Under the pieces are notes generated by a model. The model saw only the letters and a program-made list of their open reading frames with translations, was not told the origin of the DNA and made no database searches. Source: an uncultured Chloroflexia bacterium (GTDB lineage: Bacteria; Chloroflexota; Limnocylindria; Limnocylindrales; CSP1-4). From it: DNA of 64,000 nucleotides. Where the stretch lies: NCBI GenBank assembly GCA_963766735.1, contig CAVYBU010000004.1, positions 128,001-192,000 of the forward strand. The letters run 5' to 3'. Position numbers and translations under genes: made by a program. How positions within the stretch are numbered: position 1 is the first letter of the stretch; every line of letters begins with the position of its first letter. Below, piece after piece: positions 58,254-64,000 of the stretch.

Positions 58254-58643
58254 CTACTTGATCTCGACCTTGGCGCCCACGTCCTCGAGGGCTGCCTTGA
58301 TCTTCTCGGCCTCATCCTTGGTGACGGCCTCCTTGACGGCCTTCGGGAAGGCGTCGACGAGGTCCTTCGCCTCCTTGAGGCCGAGTCCGGTGAGCTCGCG
58401 GACGACCTTGATGACCGGGATCTTGTTGGGGCCGATCTCGGTCAGGGTGGCGGTGAACTCGGTCTGCTCCTCAGCCTCGGCAACAGGGGCCGCGGCAGCG
58501 GCCGGAGCGGCGCCGGCGAAGGCGACCGGTGCGGCGGCAGTGACGCCAAAGCGGTCCTCGAATGCCTTCTTGAAGTCGGACAGCTCGAGGACGGTCATCT
58601 GCTCGAATGCCTCGAGCAGCTGGTCGATGGTCAGCTTGGCCAT
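58254..58643 (-). CDS. rplL: 50S protein L7/L12
   Basis: [36 protein letters not shown]. Confidence 0.97.
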   Translation of the reverse strand: MAKLTIDQLLEAFEQMTVLELSDFKKAFEDRFGVTAAAPVAFAGAAPAAAAAPVAEAEEQTEFTATLTEIGPNKIPVIKVVRELTGLGLKEAKDLVDAFPKAVKEAVTKDEAEKIKAALEDVGAKVEIK

Positions 58644-58704
58644 GGGGTTCGTGTCTCCTGGTGGTACAGCGCCCCTCGGGGCGCGGGTTGGTCTCGAGGG
58701 AAGG

Positions 58705-59232
58705 TCAGGCCGCGGCGTCGCCGCGCTTGTCAATCAGCGCCTGGAACAGGCCGGCAACGTCGCGCCCGGGGGCGTCGAACAGGCCGGCAACCGTGGCCAG
58801 AGGAGCCGTTATCGCGCCCACGGCCTCGGCGAGAAGAACCTCGCGGGAAGGCAGGGTCGCGAGCCGAGCCACGCCCTGGGCATCGATCGCCGTCGCCCCC
58901 AGCACCGCGCCCGTGATCTTCACGATGCGGTATGGCTTGACGGCATCCAGGACCGCCCTGGCGGTGGCCGCCTCGTCGGTGCCGAAGGCAATCGCCGTCG
59001 GACCCACGAGGAGCGGTGAGAGCGCGGCGGCAGAGGCGTTCTCCTGGGCCGCGATCCGCATCAGGCGGTTCTTGATGACCCGGTAGCTCACGTTCTGCTT
59101 GCGCAGGGCGCGCCGGATCTCGCTGATCTCCTTCACCTTGAGGCCGCGGTATTCCGAGACGATCAGAGTGCGGCTGGCGTCCAGCTGGGCGCGCAGGTCC
59201 TCGACCGTCTCTCGCTTGGCCTCGGTCGGCAT
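58705..59232 (-). CDS. rplJ: 50S protein L10
   Basis: YRGL.V, V.KNRL, GPTA.AF and LA.LPSRE.L. AAGGAGG SD upstream. Confidence 0.96.
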   Translation of the reverse strand: MPTEAKRETVEDLRAQLDASRTLIVSEYRGLKVKEISEIRRALRKQNVSYRVIKNRLMRIAAQENASAAALSPLLVGPTAIAFGTDEAATARAVLDAVKPYRIVKITGAVLGATAIDAQGVARLATLPSREVLLAEAVGAITAPLATVAGLFDAPGRDVAGLFQALIDKRGDAAA

Positions 59233-59239
59233 CGAGCCT

Positions 59240-59505
59240 CCTTGCTCCAGCGCGCAACCGGCGCGCGGCGGTGGGTGCGCCCCGGCAGCGCCGGGATGAA
59301 CCCCTGCGACGGGCCACGTGCAGGGGGCGCGACCCACCTGGGAGGTGGGGCGATTGCCACTGCCTCGGCGTGCTCGCCGTCGTCCCCGTCCACCACCCCA
59401 CGGGATGGCCGGCCGGTCCGGTCCGGCGGATCAAGCCCTGGGCGTCTGGTCGTCCTTGCGGTCGGGTCCAGGCGTCCTGCGGGCGCAGGCTGTCTGCGGC
59501 TTGTC
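59240..59505 (-). promoter_or_regulatory. Probable L10 leader (autogenous control element), enlarged
   Basis: CCGCAGACAG (59499-59490) and GCCGAGG (59369-59363) resemble the two strands of the L10-leader kink-turn. They sit in a 334-nt rplA-rplJ spacer. Confidence 0.5.
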
Positions 59506-59566
59506 CGTCTGTCTTGATACGGCGCGCGTCTCTCGACCGCGTCGTGCGTGATGGTTGGGCTGGACT

Positions 59567-60274
59567 TTACTCGTTCGCCGCGGCGAGGACGTCGGGGATG
59601 TCCACGCGCAGCCCGGGGCCCATCGTGGTGGCGATGGTCAGGGTGCGCAGGTACTGGCCCTTGGCGCCGGTCGGCTTGGCCCGGTTGACGGCATCCACGA
59701 GGCTGGCCAGGTTCTGGACCAGCTGCTCCTCGGTGAAGCTCGCCTTGCCGATGGGGACGTGGATGATCGCGCCCTTGTCGACCTTGAACTCGACGCGACC
59801 GCCCTTGACCTCCGAGACCGCGCGCTCGAGATCGAAGGTGATCGTGCCCGACTTCGGGTTCGGCATCAGGCCCCGGCGGCCGAGGATCCGGCCCAGGCGC
59901 CCGACCATGCCCATGACGTCCGGCGCGGCGAGCGCAACGTCAAACTCGAGCCAGCCGGCTTCGATCTTCTTCACCAGGTCCTCGGCGCCAACCTCGTCCG
60001 CCCCGGCGCGAAGCGCCTCCTGCGCCTTCTCGCCCTGGGCGAACACGGCGACGCGAACGACCTTGCCCGTGCCGTGCGGCAGGACCACGGTGCCGCGAAC
60101 CATCTGGTCGGCATGCCGCGGATCGACGCCGAGGCGGAGATGAGCCTCGACCGACGCATCGAACTTGACGTTGGACGTCTGCTTCGCGATCTCGACCGCC
60201 TCCGCCACCGGGTAGACCCGGGTTCGGTCGACGAGCTTCGCGGCATCCTGGTAGCGCTTGCCGTGTTCGGCCAT
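59567..60274 (-). CDS. rplA: 50S protein L1
   Basis: KFD.SVE, LPHGTGK, GLMPNPK.GT, TMGPG. Confidence 0.97.
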   Translation of the reverse strand: MAEHGKRYQDAAKLVDRTRVYPVAEAVEIAKQTSNVKFDASVEAHLRLGVDPRHADQMVRGTVVLPHGTGKVVRVAVFAQGEKAQEALRAGADEVGAEDLVKKIEAGWLEFDVALAAPDVMGMVGRLGRILGRRGLMPNPKSGTITFDLERAVSEVKGGRVEFKVDKGAIIHVPIGKASFTEEQLVQNLASLVDAVNRAKPTGAKGQYLRTLTIATTMGPGLRVDIPDVLAAANE

Positions 60275-60356
60275 TGTCGGTGCTCCTTCGGTCCCGTGGA
60301 CCTGCCCCTGGTGGATGGCGCGCCGGGCGGGGTCTCTCCCGCGCGCTCCGCCGGCT

Positions 60357-60782
60357 CTAGCCGACGACCTCGATGCCCATGCTGCGGGCGGTTCCCTCGA
60401 TGACCTTCATGCCGGCCTCGATGTCATTGACGTTGAGGTCGACCATCTTGATCTCGGCGATCTGGCGAACCTGGTCCCGGGTCACGCGACCGACGACCGT
60501 GCGCTTCGGTGTCGCCGAGCCACTCTCGATGCCGGCGGCCTTGCGGAGCAGGTCCGGGGCCGGGGGCGTCTTGAGGACGAACGTGAACGAGCGATCCTCG
60601 AAGATCGTGATCTGGGCCGGGATGATCTGGCCCGCCTTGTCGGCAGTGCGCTCGTTGTAGGACTTCGTGAACTCGACGATGTTGATGCCGTGGGGGCCCA
60701 GCGCCGTGCCGACGGGCGGCGCGGGTGTTGCCTTGCCGGCCGGCAACTGCAGCGTCAGGACGATTCGGATCTTCTTGGCCAC
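60357..60782 (-). CDS. rplK: 50S protein L11
   Basis: AGKA.PAPPVG.ALG, KTPP, GTARSMG. Confidence 0.97.
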   Translation of the reverse strand: MAKKIRIVLTLQLPAGKATPAPPVGTALGPHGINIVEFTKSYNERTADKAGQIIPAQITIFEDRSFTFVLKTPPAPDLLRKAAGIESGSATPKRTVVGRVTRDQVRQIAEIKMVDLNVNDIEAGMKVIEGTARSMGIEVVG

Positions 60783-60803
60783 GTGTGCTCGCTCCCTGCC
60801 TCG

Positions 60804-61376
60804 TTACAGCTTCTCGACCTGGAGGAAGTCGAGCTCGACCGGCGTCTCCCGACCGAAGATGCTCACGAGGACCTTCAGCTTGTTGCGCTCCGGGTTGACC
60901 TCGTCCACGGTCCCGATGAACTCCGCGAACGGCCCGTCCGTGACACGCACGCTCTGGCCCTTCGTGAACGCGACCCGGAACTTCGGCGTCTCCACGCCCA
61001 TGTGCCGGAGAATCTGCTTGACCTCGGTCTCGTCCAGCGGGATCGGCTCGCTGCGCATCCCGGGGATGTTGCCGCTGCCGACGAAGCTGGTGACCCCCGG
61101 CGTGTTGCGGACGACGAACCAGGACTCGGGGTCCAGGATCATCTCCACGAGCACGTAGCCCGGGTACACCTTCTTCTGGACCGTGTGCCGCTGGCCCTGG
61201 CGAATCTCGATCTCGTCCTCCATCGGGACGAGCACCTGGAAGATCTTGTCCTCCATGCCCATCGACTCGATGCGGTGCTCGAGGTTCGCCTTGACCTTGT
61301 TCTCGTAGCCTGAGTACGTGTGGATCACGTACCAGCGCTGCTCGGGTGCCTTCACGGCCGTTGTCTGCTCCGTCAT
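60804..61376 (-). CDS. nusG: Transcription factor NusG
   Basis: [40 protein letters not shown]. Confidence 0.97.
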   Translation of the reverse strand: MTEQTTAVKAPEQRWYVIHTYSGYENKVKANLEHRIESMGMEDKIFQVLVPMEDEIEIRQGQRHTVQKKVYPGYVLVEMILDPESWFVVRNTPGVTSFVGSGNIPGMRSEPIPLDETEVKQILRHMGVETPKFRVAFTKGQSVRVTDGPFAEFIGTVDEVNPERNKLKVLVSIFGRETPVELDFLQVEKL

Positions 61377-61564
61377 GCCAGGGCACCCGCAACAAGACGG
61401 ATGACGGTCTCGAAGAAGGCGTCAGCCACGGTGATGTAGACCCCGACCACGAACGAGATGACGAACACGAGGATCGTCAGGTTTCGCACCTGGAGACGGT
61501 TGGGCCACGAGACCTTCTTGAGCTCGGACCACGATTCCTTGATGAATTGCCGTAATCGCTTCAC
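61373..61564 (-). CDS. secE: Preprotein translocase SecE
   Basis: ELKKV.WP plus a single TM helix; lies between tRNA-Trp and nusG. Confidence 0.94.
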   Translation of the reverse strand: MKRLRQFIKESWSELKKVSWPNRLQVRNLTILVFVISFVVGVYITVADAFFETVIRLVAGALA

Positions 61565-61591
61565 GGATGCCTTTTCAGCGGACTGGTTGGT

Positions 61592-61667
61592 TGGCAGGGG
61601 CGATAGGACTCGAACCTACAACAACCGGTTTTGGAGACCGGTGCTCTGCCAATTGAGCTACGCCCCT
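61592..61667 (-). tRNA. tRNA-Trp (CCA)
   Basis: 76-nt cloverleaf AGGGGCG...CTCCAAA...GTTCGAGTCC...CGCCCCTGCCA. Confidence 0.96.
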
Positions 61668-61682
61668 GCGGGACCGGACCTT

Positions 61683-61847
61683 CTACTTGGCTTCCCGGTG
61701 CAGCGTGTGGCGCCGCTCCCGGGGACAGTACTTCTGCAACTCGATCCGGCTGGGATCGTTCTTCTTGTTCTTGCGCGTCGTGTAGTTGCGGGTCTTGCAC
61801 TCGCTGCAAGCCAGCTGGATGACCGGACGCGCGTCAACTCTCGCCAT
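61683..61847 (-). CDS. rpmG: 50S protein L33
   Basis: Manual translation: [54 protein letters not shown]. Confidence 0.95.
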   Translation of the reverse strand: MARVDARPVIQLACSECKTRNYTTRKNKKNDPSRIELQKYCPRERRHTLHREAK

Positions 61848-61857
61848 GAAACTCTCG

Positions 61858-63054
61858 CTACGCGATGATGCTGGTGATCGCGCCGGCGCCGACGGTACGA
61901 CCGCCCTCGCGGATCGCGAACCGCTGGCCGACTTCGAGCGCGATCGGGGTGATCAGCTCGACGGTCATGTCGACGTTGTCGCCGGGCATGATCATCTCGG
62001 CCCCGTCGGGAAGGCCGATGGCACCCGTGACGTCCGTGGTGCGCAGGTAGAACTGCGGCCGGTACCCGTTGTAGAACGGGGTATGGCGGCCGCCCTCCTC
62101 CTTGGTCAGGACGTAGACGCGGGCGATGAAGTTGGTGTGCGGCTTGACCGACCCGGGCTTGGCCAGGACCTGGCCGCGCTCGATGTCGTCGCGCTCGATA
62201 CCGCGCAGGAGCAGGCCGACGTTGTCGCCCGCCTCGCCCTGGTCGAGCAGCTTCTTGAACATCTCGACGCCGGTGACGACCACCTTGCGGGTGGCGTTGA
62301 TGCCGACGATCTCGACCTCCTCGCCCACCTTGATGATGCCGCGCTCGATGCGGCCGGTGGCGACGGTGCCGCGGCCCTTGATGCCGAACACGTCCTCGCA
62401 GGGCATCAGGAACGGCTTGTCGATGGCGCGCTCGGGGTTGGGGATGTAGGAGTCGACCGCGTCCATCAGCTCCTGGATCGGAGCGTAGGCCGGGTCGTCG
62501 ACGTTGTCGCCGGCCTCGAGGGCCTGGAGCGCGGAGCCCCGGATGACGGGGATGTCGTCGCCCGGGAAGTTGTACTTGCTCAACAGCTCGCGGACCTCGA
62601 GCTCGACGAGGTCGAGCAGCTCGGGGTCGTCGACCATGTCGCACTTGTTGAGGAACACGATGACGTAGGGCACCTCCACCTGGCGGGCCAGGAGGATGTG
62701 CTCGCGGGTCTGGGGCATCGGGCCGTCGGTGGCGGCGACCACGAGGATCGCGCCGTCCATCTGGGCGGCACCGGTGATCATGTTCTTGATGTAGTCGGCG
62801 TGCCCGGGGCAGTCGACGTGCGCGTAGTGGCGGTTCTCCGTCTGGTACTCGACGTGGGCGATCGCGATCGTGATGCCGCGCTCGCGCTCCTCGGGGGCGT
62901 TGTCGATCGAGTCGAACGCACGGAACTCCGCGCCGCCCTTGAGCGCCAGGTACTTGGTGATGGCGGCCGTGAGCGTCGTCTTGCCATGGTCGATGTGGCC
63001 GATCGTGCCGACGTTGACGTGCGGCTTGGTGCGCTCGAACTTCTTCTTGGCCAC
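61858..63054 (-). CDS. tuf: Elongation factor Tu (tRNA-operon copy)
   Basis: Same protein as 45432-46628; GTG start at 63054. Confidence 0.98.
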   Translation of the reverse strand: MAKKKFERTKPHVNVGTIGHIDHGKTTLTAAITKYLALKGGAEFRAFDSIDNAPEERERGITIAIAHVEYQTENRHYAHVDCPGHADYIKNMITGAAQMDGAILVVAATDGPMPQTREHILLARQVEVPYVIVFLNKCDMVDDPELLDLVELEVRELLSKYNFPGDDIPVIRGSALQALEAGDNVDDPAYAPIQELMDAVDSYIPNPERAIDKPFLMPCEDVFGIKGRGTVATGRIERGIIKVGEEVEIVGINATRKVVVTGVEMFKKLLDQGEAGDNVGLLLRGIERDDIERGQVLAKPGSVKPHTNFIARVYVLTKEEGGRHTPFYNGYRPQFYLRTTDVTGAIGLPDGAEMIMPGDNVDMTVELITPIALEVGQRFAIREGGRTVGAGAITSIIA

Positions 63055-63122
63055 AGGACCTTTCTCACTCCACTGCTGGGGCGGTACTGGCCGCCGGCTT
63101 CTGCCCGGGATTACGCAAGAGA

Positions 63123-63198
63123 TGGAGCCCAGAACGGGACTCGAACCCGTGACCTCATCCTTACCAAGGATGTGCTCTGCCAGCTGAGCTATCTGGGC
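63123..63198 (-). tRNA. tRNA-Thr (GGT)
   Basis: GCCCAGA...CTTGGTAAG...GGTTCGAGTCCC...TCTGGGCTCCA. Confidence 0.96.
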
Positions 63199-63254
63199 CC
63201 GCGGGAGCGGCGCCGCTACGTTCCGGTCCGCTCCGTTGACGCCTTCGTGCCTGG

Positions 63255-63330
63255 TGGAGCCGACGACGGGACTCGAACCCGGAACCTGCGGTTTACAAAA
63301 CCGCTGCTCTACCAATTGAGCTACGTCGGC
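63255..63330 (-). tRNA. tRNA-Thr (TGT)
   Basis: GCCGACG...TTTGTAA...GGTTCGAGTCCC...CGTCGGCTCCA; C49-U65 mismatch in the T-stem. Confidence 0.94.
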
Positions 63331-63374
63331 ACGCGCGCAGCGTCAAACAAGAGTAGGACTCCGCGAGCCGGGGA

Positions 63375-63403
63375 ATGATACGGCCCGTCGGCGGATGCGT
63401 CAA
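63375..63403 (-). promoter_or_regulatory. Sigma70-type promoter of the tRNA-tuf operon
   Basis: TTGACG (63403-63398), 17-nt spacer, TATCAT (63380-63375). Confidence 0.65.
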
Positions 63404-64000
63404 ACCTCCGGGGACCCGCCGGAGCCGTCGGCGACTGGATCCGCCGGGGCTGCCGCGGGCTCGACGGCAGGACCGCCGGGCAGCAGCACGTCTTCCGCCG
63501 CCGCATCGTCTGCCGCCGCGGTTTCGGCCGCCACATCTTCCGCCGCCGCATCGTCCGCCGCGGTCTCGGCCGCCACATCTGCCGCCGCATCGTCCGCCGC
63601 GGTCTCGGCCGGCGCGGACAGTTCGGGCTGGGCGGCCGGCATCTCGGGGTCCAGCGCGGCATCGAAGGGCTCGTCCGTCCGTGGCTGAGCCTCCGCCAGG
63701 CGCCGCTGGGCCGCAGCCTCGTAGAGCAGGATCGACCCGGCGACCGCCGCGTTGAGCGACTCCACGTGCCCGTGCATCGGAATCCGCACCAGGAGGTCGC
63801 AGCGGCGGCGCACCACCGGACCCAGGCCGCGGCCCTCGCTACCGACGACGATCGCCACCGGGCCGCGGAGGTCGGCCTCGCGCGCGGTGAGCGGCGCGTC
63901 GCCGTCCGCCCCCACGATCCTCAGGCCGCGCGCGTGGAGGTCCGCGAGGGCACCCGGGAGATCATCGACTGGCGCCAGGCGCAGGTGCTCGACGGCTCCG
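63400..64000 (-). CDS. rlmB: TrmH/SpoU-family methyltransferase, probably 23S rRNA Gm2251 RlmB (5' end off the window), with an acidic repeat tail
   Basis: VGSEG.GL, CD..V.IPM.G.VESLNA.VA SPOUT motifs. Confidence 0.88.
   Translation of the reverse strand, partial: GAVEHLRLAPVDDLPGALADLHARGLRIVGADGDAPLTAREADLRGPVAIVVGSEGRGLGPVVRRRCDLLVRIPMHGHVESLNAAVAGSILLYEAAAQRRLAEAQPRTDEPFDAALDPEMPAAQPELSAPAETAADDAAADVAAETAADDAAAEDVAAETAAADDAAAEDVLLPGGPAVEPAAAPADPVADGSGGSPEV

Overview
High-GC bacterial chromosomal segment with almost every gene on the minus strand. The taxonomy is inferred from gene order and protein signatures only: probably Chloroflexota, possibly a Limnocylindria/Ellin6529-like lineage. 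The right half (28.5-64 kb) is the core translation/transcription supercluster: rlmB', tRNA-Thr x2, tuf, rpmG, tRNA-Trp, secE-nusG-rplKAJL, rpoBC, the str, S10, spc and alpha operons, and truA-rplM-rpsI. rplR carries an apparent +1 frameshift. The left half continues with a TPR gene, cdaA-cdaR-glmM-glmS-acpS-nnrD-alr, a divergent macrodomain gene, an orphan GlmL/MutL-like ASKHA gene with an uncharacterised partner, and tsaE-tsaB-rimI-tsaD-rsmA-ispE-ridA-glmU-hlyC/corC. It ends with a three-gene PspA (bacterial ESCRT-III) locus, a polyprenyl synthase, an MBL hydrolase and recO'. The best candidate for an undescribed system is the PspA locus: a two-TM protein, a 512-aa protein with seven 29-aa amphipathic His/Arg-striped helical repeats, and an actinobacterial-type PspA. 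A 94-bp conserved hairpin element occurs twice in intergenic DNA. Many accessory genes look leaderless. No CRISPR array, rRNA, transposase or prophage was seen.
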